The translations under genes and the position numbers were made by a program. A DNA stretch of 64,000 nucleotides. Origin: Flaccisagitta enflata (Eukaryota). The notes beneath the pieces are model-generated. The model saw nothing but the letters and a program-made list of their open reading frames with translations, did not search any database and was not told the DNA's origin. Below, one piece after another: positions 31,399 to 53,141 of this stretch; position 1 is the first letter of the stretch; each line of letters begins with the position of its first letter. The stretch is taken from NCBI GenBank assembly GCA_965153355.1, contig OZ231126.1:6882001-6946000 (forward strand). The letters run 5' to 3'.

Positions 31399-33617
31399 AT
31401 GGAGGGAGTTTGCGGCAAGTTTCTCAAGACGGTCTTCATCTTTCTCAACTTCTTGTTCCTGGTGTTGGGGTTGACTGCGCTGGGATTTGGTCTTTGGGGA
31501 GTCATCAGCGGAGAAAAAGTCTTTGAGAAAGATTGGTTTCCTACTCTCTCTGATAAAACTCTTCAAGACAGTAAGTTGGTTTTTAGCTTCCTTGATTGAT
31601 TCTGTTTCCTACTTTCTCCAATCAAACTCTACAAGACAGTAATTTGGTCTTTACTCGATTGATTGATTGATTTGGTTTGTTAAATGACATGATTGGTTTC
31701 CTACGCTCTCCGATAAAACTCTGCAAGACAGTAAGTTGGATTTTAGTTCCCCTGATTGATTCGGTTTCCTTCTCTCTATGATAAAACTCTCCAAGACAGT
31801 AAGTTGGTTATTGCATGGATGTAGGGGAGCTCTGAAATTCCCCACGTCCACTTAGCTTTTCAAGACTGAATCATGATTAAGACGAACAAATACGTAACCA
31901 ACCGACCGACCAACGGACACAGCCAGTTAAAGAGGTGCTTTGTTGCACCTAAAAACTGTGAAAACAAGGCCGGATACATGGCATCCAGTCGCCGACGGTT
32001 TAGCAGGGGCGGTGCGAAAACCACTCGGAATTCAAAAATGTGATGGACCAACGGACCGACCTACCGACCGACCGACACGGCAAGGTGTAGAGTCGCATGT
32101 CCACGAATAAAAATGTAAATTTCTTACTTTTTGCATCATTTTTGTATGATGATCTTCCATCTAAGAGTTTTGTGTTACATTTCATACCAACTAAGTTGAA
32201 TTTTTCTCTTCTCTTTCTTGGCTGTTTTTCAAAGAAATTTATGATGTTTTGAACAATAAATCACTATTAATTCAAGATTAACTTGCTTTTCAAGACTGAC
32301 TTTTACATCCATGGACGTGGTGGACGTGGTGTCCCCTACATCCATGGGTTATTGCTTGTTTGATTGATTTGGTTTGTTAAATGATATGATTGGTTTCCTA
32401 CTCACTCCGATCAAACTCTTCAAGACAGTAAGTTACTTTCTACTTGTTTGATTGATTTGGTAAGTTAATTAAAAAGAGTGGTTTCTTCAGTATGGTAAGC
32501 TTAGGTTTGATAAAACTTTTTATAGGGATCTAAGGAAATCTAATAAGATAACTTGTCTCATGGAAGTTTTCTCATCATAATTGTAAACTCTCTCTCTCTC
32601 GCAGGTTTGCGCGAGAACATCCGTCATGCTTTTACATGGTTAATCATCGGCGCCTGTCTCCTTGTTGGTATCGCCTTTCTCGGATTCTGCGGAGGATGCA
32701 AGGAAAACAAGTAATCATCTGTGAAAAACATTGATCATTTGGGAAAACAAGTAATCATCTGTGAAAAACATTGATCATTTGGGAAAACAAGTAAATATAA
32801 CATTGAAGAGTTGGTTATTCTTCATTACTAAAAGCAATGTTTAGTCGCCGATTCGCGGCCGTTTAAAAGGCTTTGTCCGCTCCTTGGGCCATAGGCATAA
32901 GTCCATCTGTCCATTCATCCATTCGTCTGTATTCTGTAATGATTAAGTCGAAAAGTGTGAAATGTGCTGCATGCTACTACTGTGCTGCTAACTTTTCTAC
33001 TTCTGGTTCATGTTGGGCGTGTTTTTTTTTGTTTCTTTTGCAATTTTCTTCATTTATAACCTTTAATTCTTTACTTTAGGTATTTGTTGGGCACTTTTTT
33101 CTATTTTTCTCATTTTTAACTCTTATTTGTTTACTAAAGGTGTTTGTTGGGCACGTTTTTTGCGATTTTGTTCGTTTTGACTCTGGTCTTCTTGGCCGCA
33201 TTGATTCTCTTCTTCGCATTCCCAAAATTGATCAAGAGTGGAGTCGACAAATGTGAGTAACAGCTATGGAAGAAGACAATTCTTCAATAGTTCAAAAATT
33301 CAATTAATCTGTAGTTCTTATCAAGAGTAGATGTAATATTACTATGTTGTATGTCTAATCATACTTTTTGTATTGTTAATTGTATCTTTTTGTCTAATAA
33401 AGCAACATATCATTTCTCATAATATGAATCATATAATGCTTTTGTTTCTTTTTGGTTTCAGTGATGGAAAAAGAGCGAGAGAATTACTCATCAGATAAAG
33501 TTCGCCAAAATGTCGATTGGATGCAGAAGAACTTCACATGCTGTATCTTTAACAAGACTGTGGCAGAGGAAAAAAACATCACCTCTTGCTTCTCCGGTTG
33601 GGGTGAGTTACTGCTTA

Positions 33618-33653
<36 letters not shown>

Positions 33654-35418
33654 TTGCTTGCTTGCTTGCTTGCTTGCTTGTTTGCTTGCTTGCTTGCTTG
33701 CTGCTTCAATCGGGCAGGCGTTTAACAATGGCAAAAATAAAAATTAGACGCTCAATATCTATTAATAATATGTAAACCGCTTATGCTTTTTGCTTAAAAT
33801 CCATGAGCATATAAAAGAGCATCGAAAACTCTACAAATCTAGACCAAGCAGAAATATGTGGCTCAATTCGTTTAGAAATGACATAAGATTAGATTTCAGT
33901 ACTCAAATTCCTGATTGCCAAATAGAGCAGATTTCAGCGCCGAAAAACATGGCACTTTTCGTCTTACATATTCTATAAAACGCAAAAATGAAATAAATGA
34001 TACGAAATCAAAGATGAAAATGAAGTATTTTTAATTCTCTGCAAGATGGAACCAAGCAAAATTCATGATTTTGCTTCGTTTACAAGCTGTATCAATACAA
34101 AGTTGGTTACAACAAAAAAAGATGGAAGCAAGATTTGAGATTTTTGAGTGGATATGTTTAAATTGTCATAACTTCCAAAGTTTTCATGCTGGAATGATCG
34201 GAAGGAGCTCAAAAGAAAGATTTTTTGAAGCTCTTTAAAACCGTCATGGATTAAAAGGTTCTAGCATCTTTGATTAGGAAGCAATCAACAGTCAAAAGAT
34301 CGCGTCTAGTTTTTTTCTTTGCTATTGTTATAGTGTTGCATGACGTTTGATTTCTCCCCCCCCCCCCCAGAATACAAGCAACTGTGCAACTATATACAGG
34401 CCTGCAATTGGATTCAGCCACCAAGCCTACCATAGCTACCATAGCTTGATTGTTTGCTTGTTTGTCTCATTGGAATTTAAAAACTAAAAAATCTGTTTTA
34501 ACTTTGGCAAAAATAAAAACCGAACACGTTTGTCAACGTTTTTCACTCAAGCAAAAAGAAAAACATAGCAAAATCTGTGACCATTTTGAAGCTCTGCGAA
34601 AGATTCTTCAAATGAGACCTTGCTGAATGATCTAGTTTTATCCATGATGGTTTCAAAGAGCTTCAAAAGATCTTTCATTTGAGCTCCCACAAGACATCGC
34701 AGCTCCAAGACTTAAGAAATTATGATGCTTAAAGATAACCCTTTGGAAATCTCAAATCTGGTTTCTATCTTTATGGAGTAACCAATTTTGAATTGACATA
34801 GCTCCTAAATGAAAAAGAAACATGATTTCTGCTTGGTTCCATCTTGTAGAGAATTCAAAATACCTCATTTTTACCTTTAATTTGGTATCATTTATTTGAT
34901 TTCCTCATTCTGCAGAATAGTTTCTCGTTTTCAAACATAGAAATTTGCTTTCTTTGGCAATCAAGAAAATGGGTGCTGAACTTCAATGTTTTGTCATTTG
35001 AAAATGACTGAAACTGGAAATTTCTGCTTGGTCTAGATTTGTAGTGTTTTTGAAGCTCTTTAAAACGTTCATGGATTTGAAGTAAAAAGAATGAACAGTT
35101 CTCAGTCAATGTAAGAAAAACAAAGTGTTCGGTTCTTTATTTTGCCATAGTTAAAATCAATTTTTTTAAAATGGCTTGATTCTCTCTTATTTGACAGACA
35201 ATGCTGACGAACCTAAACCTGCCGATGCCAAATTTCACACAAAGAAATGCTCCTCTGCCGTCGTTGAGAAGATCAAAGGCTATCTGCATCAAAAGCAAGC
35301 CGCTTTCGCCGTCATGGTCTCCATCATCATCGTCGTCTGCGTCATACAGATGATTCTCAGCTTGTATGTCTGCTGCAAGCTTAAAAATGGCTCAAGTTCC
35401 TACGACCAGATGAGTTGA
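31399..35418 (+). CDS. Tetraspanin (4 TM); exons 31399-31570, 32605-32710, 33140-33252, 33462-33602, 35198-35418 (250 aa)
   Basis: TM1 KFLKTVFIFLNFLFLVLG, TM2 ending FLGFCGGCKENKCLL, TM3, EC2 with VDWMQKNFTCC..SC..KKC, TM4 and tail SSYDQMS*. GT-AG introns are in phase (753 nt). AATAAA at 35661-35666. Confidence 0.9.
31531..32436 (+). repeat. Five copies of the tetraspanin exon-1 3' end plus donor
   Basis: gattggtttcctac...aaactc..caagaca|gtaa with donors after 31570, 31638, 31730, 31798 and 32427. Confidence 0.9.
31814..32346. mobile_element. hAT-type MITE with nested HINE-like insertions
   Basis: TIR CATGGATGTAGGGGA/TCCCCTACATCCATG with a perfect 8-bp TSD GGTTATTG (31806-31813 and 32347-32354). 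Confidence 0.85.
33722..35153. mobile_element. Two related TIR MITEs in opposite orientation (33722-34330 and 34498-35153) in the last tetraspanin intron
   Basis: Ends ttaac..tggcaaaaataaaa / ttatttttgccatagttaa-like; internal segments are mutually reverse-complementary. Confidence 0.65.
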
Positions 35419-38400
35419 CGATTAGGATTGGCCAAGAAGAAAAATCTCTGAGTGTTTTCAAACACAATCATTTTTCTTGCTGTGTAAATATCAATGTGTT
35501 CAAGCTTACTATTTACTAGCGCTTGATTGAACCACACTGTATTCGTTAGAATGCTGAATTCTATAAGAATGAGCACACTCTTGTTTGTGGTAATCGTTTG
35601 TATTTTTTTTTGCACATTAAACGCTCTTATGACTCTCTTTTAAATCATAAATGACCATGAAATAAAGATATGGTTAAACTCCGTAATAACGGAAGCCAAG
35701 GGATTAACTAATTTTATCGGTTATAGCTGGATTTTCGTTTTTGCTTTTTCAAGGAATAATTAGAAGTTACGTGAAGGGACCAAGCTTTTTTATTTGTTAT
35801 AAGGGGATTTCCGTTACTCTAGGATCCGTTATAGCTGGGCGTAACTCTATTTGAGGTGGTGAATGGCACCTTCCAGATCTTTTTGCGGTCAAATCGTGAC
35901 CCTCCTGAGTAATGACTTATACATTCAGAATGTAGCATAGGTTAAGTAGTCACTGTCTAGCCTTTGAGTTACAAAAGAACCTCGGGCCAAACCCCTCCAG
36001 AATATAAACGACCTGCTTAACAGCTTGTGCAAAAAAAATCGCACTCAGCGTGATGCTTAGAAATCATTCTTTTTATGGGAGTCAAAGGTTAAAATTTGAA
36101 CTAGAGTATCCCAGTAGGATATATCAAAAGCAGAAATCAAGAACAGCTGATATAATTTCCACACATGGCCAAGATATGCATCTAAAAAGGAATCAAAAAT
36201 ACAATTTTGACAGGATTTTATTGACAGAGCTGTACTTACTAAAAGAAAGAAAACTATAATTACCTCAGTGGCCCTTAGACAGATTATTGTGGAAGAAATG
36301 CATCAAGGGGAGAGGGTTAGGTCATGCAGGAGGGATTTCAGTCAACAAAAAATGATCCAAAAATTGAATTTAGACAAAATATAGATATCCTGTTACAGGA
36401 AAAAAGTTTTCGTAACATTCTAGTTATGTCTTTATTGGTCTAAAAACGTGCTCTGCTGTCTACCATGCCCACATTATTTCTTCATCTAAAGTATAAAAAT
36501 AACCTAAATTTTAATTTTAAATATTAGCTTTGAAAAATTTCTTAAATTCTAGGAGTTATTTTAGAGTAAATGATGATGAGTGCCGTTTTTTTTCTTTGCA
36601 CACCCTGTTATCTAGTTCTTAAAAATTTTCCGTCTCCATTAAAAACTACTCATTAGACGACATGTAAATCTTTCAAGTTGCTTACTCATCTATTTTTGTG
36701 ACAATTTTACTGATTTTTTGTCAAGGTTAGGAGAATGACGTCGTGAACCACATTGGCTTAAAAAACACCCTCACCAACGGATTGCGTAGAAAATTCGGAA
36801 ACCCGTTTTTTGACATGTTTTGCTATTCCCCAATAGCATCAAAGACACTATAGTTACGATTTTTGCATATAACGACTTCGTTTCTGGTCGTTACGGTCTA
36901 TTTTAAGCTATAAAAAGCTATCAAAAGCTATTTACAACTATTTGAAGCTTTTTAAAGTTATTCAAAGCTATTAAAAGCTAGTTAATAAACATAAAATGAA
37001 GTGTCTGTGTCTGTCTGTCAGTCTGTCTGTCTGTCTGTATCTGTCTGTCTGACTGTATCTCTGTAGTTATCTCTCTATGAGAGACTGAGACCAAAACCAA
37101 GAGAATCGTTTCAGCACATATGTTACATCAATGTTATCGAATCTCATGTTACACATGTTGAAGAATGATTGATCATTTTCAAACTTTGATCGTTTTCTAT
37201 CAAAACATTTTTGATAAAATAAATATATAAATGCTTTAATGTAAAAATTTTGAAAAATAAATAATTAAAGTATATGAAACTAGAATTTAGATATGAAACC
37301 TTAGATATCATAGGTTAAAAAAAAAGAAAAAAGAAAAACTATATATCAAAAATTAAAAGTGAAAAAATTAAAAGGAAAAAAGTCAAAAAGGAAAAAAGTC
37401 AAAAAGGAAAAAGTCAAAGAAGAAAAAAGTAAAAAATAAAAAAATAAAAAATAAAAAAAGTAAAAAAGTAAAAAGAAAAAAAATGAAATTAAAAAAAAGT
37501 AACAAATTAAAAGTGAAAAATAAAAAATGAAAAATGAAAAATAAAGGTGAAAAGTAAAAAATGAAAATTAAAAAGTGATAAGTGAAAAGTGAAAAGTGAA
37601 AAGTCAATTATGAAAAATGAAAAATAAAAAGTGAAAAATGAAAAATGAAAAATGCAGAAAAATCATTATTAATGATGAATATATTATATAACATTCTTTT
37701 TATCTAAAATTTTTTTTTTAAATGATCACAAAAAATCCATAATGAGTAAAAAAGATGGACAAAAAGGTGACAGCAATGACAACAATAATAACGCCTCAAA
37801 AAACGCCATATAGACGCCAAAATGGCGTTACGTTGCCATGGAGAATACCGGAAATGGCGTTACTACAGAAGTCGTTATGCAATGGGTTGACCCTCACAGA
37901 TGAGCAGCTATGCTCATAAACATTCTTTTTTTTTTTTTTGTATTTGCATGCTCAATCAAACATAAATACACTTTTTTATTGTTCCTACTTGAAATTATAA
38001 AAAAACCAAAAAAATTCAATTTCAATTTTTCGTAAATTAATCTTTAAAAAATCATAACGCGAAAAATAATTGTCGTAGATCATTCTGCTTGGCGCCAAAT
38101 GAAAGAAAATTATCAAATTTACTAACCCTATCAGTTTCATTGGAGGGCTCAATCAGCCGCATGAGTCTCTAACTTCTTAGTAAGAAAATGAAAACCATGT
38201 TTCTCTCGAATATGTCAAAAAGTTGAAGCCTGACTTCGACTTTTTTCCCAAACATACTAAAAATACTACAAATAGTAGAAAAGAAAATGATTAAACAACA
38301 TCATTTTGCGCAATGTAGTATCATTATAATCGATTCATTGACATGTATCATGTAGTAGGTTGAGAGCAAATGAAAGTAGAAACAAATTAGCTAGATGATT

Positions 38401-40186
38401 ACTGAAAGATTGACCTATTTTCCTGGTTAATTCACAAATTAATAAAGTAACACTGTGGGACATTGTGGTTTCCTAAGTTGGTGTCATCAATATCCCACAC
38501 AGAATTTGTAGAAGGCGTATTTTCATTATATTGATTTGTCCCATGAAGAGTGATGACATTTGAAGAACAAAGCCTCTTTATTTTCCGATTGGGCTGCCTA
38601 AGTCGCATGCACGCGACTATAACCCACCCCCACCCTGTCCATTGGTTGACCGGATGGTCGGTCGGTATCACTGCGTTTTCGGCAGTATTAGGCGATTTTT
38701 AGTCGCGGACACGCAACTGTATAAGAGGCTTTGTCCGTCCGTCGGTCTACTGGTCCAATGGTCCGTGGACACGAGTCGGAAAGTGCAAAAATGAGCGTTT
38801 TAGACGATTTTTGTGAATAGATGGGGGGTATGGGGTGTGGATGGCTGTTGGATGCCCCTGCCCACCCGTCAGCAACGATATTGTGACCCCACGTCACTTG
38901 TTGCATTACTGCTTGGTAAGTGATTCATTATCACCGCTCCTGTTCACCTGCCCACACCCGACTTGGTTGGCTATGTACACTTTTTATAAGAACATCATTT
39001 TTTTTCTGAAGCCTTCAAAAGAGATAGTTACTAGTAAAATAACTGCCATGTTCTTAATTTTTGAGTGATTTCAAGGCTTGATGTTCGTATAAGCTAGGTT
39101 CTTATAAAAAACAAAAAGTGCCCGTGTAATTGAGTCCCCGCCGCTCTCCTAGTTTTGTCAAGTCTTCCTTATCCGTTGTTACAATTTAAGTTGTTAAATT
39201 ACGCTCTCTACTTTAAAACAAAGTATACGCCTCCCCGCTTTTGTTGCTATTGTCGCCTTTAATGCCTTTGTTCAAATCCGCCCTTTTGAAGAACCCACAT
39301 TCTGATTAAGGCCAGAGGAAGCTGAAAGGCCTTGAATGTTTGTGCTAAAAGTCGGAACGGCGAGTGTTTCAACGGCGGATTGTGCCTTTTGTTTCTGGTT
39401 TTGTGTGTATCAATCTACAACGCCTCTATCGGGAAACAATTGAACTCAATTTCCATAGGAAATAATGAAACAAGGCCGGAAACACGACTGCTGCAGTCGC
39501 GACCCGGTGGGTACGCGAAAAAAAAGAGGTTACATATTACCATAGTGTTGGTAACCAATCGCCTGCCGCATCGTCGCCGTTGGAGGGAAGGGACGACATT
39601 CTCTGAAAGTGTATTTTGCTGGGTAGGGTGGTCCGGAATTGGGTCAAATTTCAAATATTGATATACTTGAGCCATTTGCACAAATGTTCAATGAAAGAAG
39701 GATTGCTCACAAGCTGGGGTGTGAAATCAAACAAGAAACCTTGTCGGCAAGACCATAGCCATAGGTTTGCTATGGGGATTTTTTTATTGCCATAGGAAGC
39801 CTTTAGTTTTGCCACCATGGTTAAATCTTCAAATTCAGACCTCTACTAGTGGGAAAAATTTCTTATTTGGTACATTTATGCAAAAAACTAGAGTATATCA
39901 TTTTTTGGAAATTTTACCCTATCTCGTGACCACCCTGTTGCTGGGGTTTGTAGACCAACGAATGGAAGGACACAGGGGACAGATTAAGTCAAACATGAAC
40001 AGAGCACACTTATTAAGCCAGCTAAACACGCCAATAGAGATCTAGAGAACATGCGTTCATTTGATTTGTTGTTTTTTTTTTTCACCTTCATTTGATCATC
40101 ATGACAAAATAAAATGGACAAACAACAATGTCTTTTTTAGTAATCAACCTCCTTTCTGAGGTTCTTGATATCTCTCCGCCTCCTCC

Positions 40187-49044
<8,858 letters not shown>

Positions 49045-49540
49045 GGCCTGGCGATGAAGATGTTACTAACGAAGTAAGCTTAAAGAAAAGAAAATAAAAA
49101 AAAATAAAAAAAATTTAAAAAAATTAAAAAAAAAACATTTCCTGCAGGACTTAGGTTTAAAACTGCGGTATTCATAATTTTCTATGATAACTAGATACAA
49201 GCTGAAAAAATAAATTGTAAAAGCTAATCGTAATCGCTGAAAGATCTCAAAAAATAGATTTAAAGCGTGAGAAACACTTCAGGAGTAAAGCTTTTTCTTA
49301 TGGTTCTAATTCTTCAAATTCCGCACAAAGTTTTAAACGTACTTAGCGCTCAGTTCTAACATACTAAACCGTTTTCTTTTAGATAGAAATTTTAGTAAGA
49401 AAAAAAATTGTTTGGATGAAATATTAGGTAAGAAAGAAGGTTGAAGATGGAGGCTAAAATGAGAAGAGGAGGAGGAGCAGGAAGAGGAAACGGAAAAGAG
49501 AAGAAGGAAACAAAGCAAGTGAGGATGACTGTAAAGAGGG

Positions 49541-49748
<208 letters not shown>

Positions 49749-50103
49749 CGTTGTTGTTGTTGTTGTCGTTGTTGTCGTTGTTGTCGTTGTTGCTGCTGCT
49801 GCCCAACTGACAAGAGGGTACTTCAACTAGACCCAAGTTGGTGACGACGTTGAAGATGAAAAGAAATGAGAAAGGCCGGATACACGGCTACCTCAGTCGC
49901 GCCCGAGTGGGCAGAAGCAGTGATAGAAAGGGTCACCAGTGTATTTGGGCAAGAGCAGTGAGCTCAAAAAGGCCAAACAGCTAAAAGGCCGACCGACCGA
50001 CCGACCAACCGACCGACCGACCAACCGACCGACCGACCGACCGACCGACCGACCGACCGACCGACCGAGCGGGTGTAGGGTCGCGTAGCATGCGACTAAA
50101 AAT

Positions 50104-50378
<275 letters not shown>

Positions 50379-50383
50379 GAGAC

Positions 50384-50494
<111 letters not shown>

Positions 50495-50514
50495 CAGAGA
50501 GAGACAAGAGGGAG

Positions 50515-50622
<108 letters not shown>

Positions 50623-52137
50623 GAGACAGAGACAGACAAGAGAGAGACAAGAGAGAGACAAGAGAGAGACAGAGAGAGACAGAGAGACAGCCATACAATT
50701 GGACATGGAAAGAGACAGATACTGGGATTAAGACACTCGGGGAAAAATCAATAAGCGTGCAGGCATAAGGGCCCCCTTGGTGTTCTATGTTCCTAAGGTG
50801 TATACATGCGGAGAGCATCTGAAGAAAACAGCAGTCAATACTTCCAAACCGAGAAACCTGGGTTTATCGAAGACAATTCTGTTATCAACCAGAAATTTCT
50901 TCTTCCGAAGTTTATAATAAGATACTTGATCGTCAAAAAATATTTTAGGAAGATTTGCGCAAATTTCCACACAAATCTCCAGACAATGCATACATAACGT
51001 CGGCCAATCAATGAATTTGACGAATCAGAGCACTTGCTGGATGAAACCTCTTCCTCACGACACTTATTTCAAGCGTCAGCTGAACAGAAATTGGCATGGT
51101 CCCTTCTTATTAGGCTCACTCGGCACTCCCCCTTCGCTCACTATGATGACGCTATATTGAAAGGGGCATCGGGAGCCTAAGCTTACATGCCCGCAGTCGG
51201 ACGCTCAGGCTAGAATTAAGTAAATGAAAGAAAAAATAGTGTTTATCTATCAAGATATCTAGGTATATAAAACAATTGAAGTCTGACACTGGGACCTGAT
51301 GCCCCGCTTATTTGCAGCATGCGGATTGTTACAACCTCACTTTTGATTGGCAATTTTTGGACATGATCATGATAAAGATGATGACGCTGTTAAAAAAGAG
51401 GACGATGAAAACGATGAAAACGATGATTAAAACGACAGTGATGAAGACAGCAAAGATGAAGACGACGCCGATGATGACGATGAAGACGACGCCGATGATG
51501 ACGATGAAGACGACGCCGATGATGACGATGAAGACGACGCCGATGATGACGATGAAGACGACGACGATGAAGACGATGAAGATGACGGTGTTGAAGATGA
51601 CGGTGATGAAGACAACCGTGGTAATTTTTTTGTGGGGATAAGTTTTGCATTACTTATCAGTTTTTGGTGTATGTTTGAATGTGAAAGTAAAGCTCGTAGT
51701 ACTTCCTTTTGTCGCAGAACTTCAGCATCATCATTACATCCTCCAAACCTGGCATTGAATAAGTTGCGAAATTCACATCAAAGCTCAAAGACCATCGTTC
51801 TTCAAAATTCACTGATGGTTAGATAGACAATGTCTGTGTGCGTGTGTGCATGTGCGTGTGTGTGTGTGCGCGCATGCATGTGTGTGTGTGTGCGCGCACA
51901 GAGGAGACTTCGATTGTTTTACCTTCAGTAAAAAGACAAGCACTCAGACATGAAGCGGCCTAGGCTGGTTTAACACTCCAATATTTTATCATCAGGACGG
52001 CATTTGTATTTCATGGAGACAACTGCAATATGATATCATCATGCGGAGCTTCCAACTCCTTCTACCAAGATGAACGCAAATGGTGTGTGTAAAAGAGACA
52101 TAGATTGACTGACAGACATGCGGATTGGAAAACATAT

Positions 52138-52218
<81 letters not shown>

Positions 52219-52473
52219 TACACAGGTACAGGCCGTGCAGCATCTGAAACAAAGTTAATTTTGCGGCTCTCTACAACGTGTGCGCTTCATCGGATGGGTC
52301 TTTACATCGTTATCTGCGTCACACATGTTGGATGAATAATGGAGCTCCGCATTTTTATACTCTGTTCATAATATGATTTTGTATGGATTGAGGGGGTAGA
52401 TAAGGGTAATTTGGAAGCATACAGGGGGCGTCGTAAGACATTCATGAATTCGATTGGAGAATGATTGGATTGA

Positions 52474-53141
52474 TAGAGTACCTTCCGAGCAAACCCGGCT
52501 AAAACTGGAGGATTAACTTTTGTTACTTTAATTTCATTTTTCAAACTTCACTTTTTTGATTTAACTTAATCAAAAGATACTTAATTCCTTGAACATATTA
52601 TGCTGTCAAAAAAAATAACTCGTGAAATCAAAGTGTTAGAAGACATCAATATAGAGTGTTTTAACCCGGACCATTAAATTCAGCTGAAAATTTTACCTAT
52701 TGTAGATTACAAGAACAGCTTAGTCAAACAATTATTTCAGGTTTTATGGCCATTTAAAGTTTTTAAGGACAATTGTCTTAAATTTTTTTGAGACAAATGT
52801 CCTTAAAATCTTGAAATAACTGTAAAACCTAAACTAATAGTTTGATTGAACTGTTCTTGTAGTCTAAGATAGGTAAAATTTTCTGCTGAATCTAATGGTC
52901 TGAGTTAGAACACTCCATATTGATGTCTTCATGCACTTTGATTTCACGAGTTATTCTTTTTAACAGCAAAATATGTTCAAGGAATCAAGTATCTTTTAAT
53001 TAGGTTTGATACAAAAAATGAAGCTTGGGAAATAAAATTAAAGTAACAAAAATTAATCCTCCAATCTTCCAGTTTTTCCTCGGGTTTAATTAATCCTCCA
53101 ATCTTCCAGTTTTTCTTCGGGTTTGCTCGGAAGGTACTGTA
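52474..53141. mobile_element. TA-flanked foldback MITE, palindromic over nearly its full 670 bp
   Basis: ta(g/c)agtaccttccgagcaaacccg ends; arms are complementary up to a centre near 52790. Confidence 0.85.

Noticed and set aside
37310-37665. Hydrophobic ORF 37383-37607
   Set aside because: A-rich low-complexity tract, probably within a decayed element.
51340-51620. Asp/Glu-rich coding exon
   Set aside because: A degenerate (GAY) 21-bp repeat with an in-frame TAA and no convincing link to a gene.
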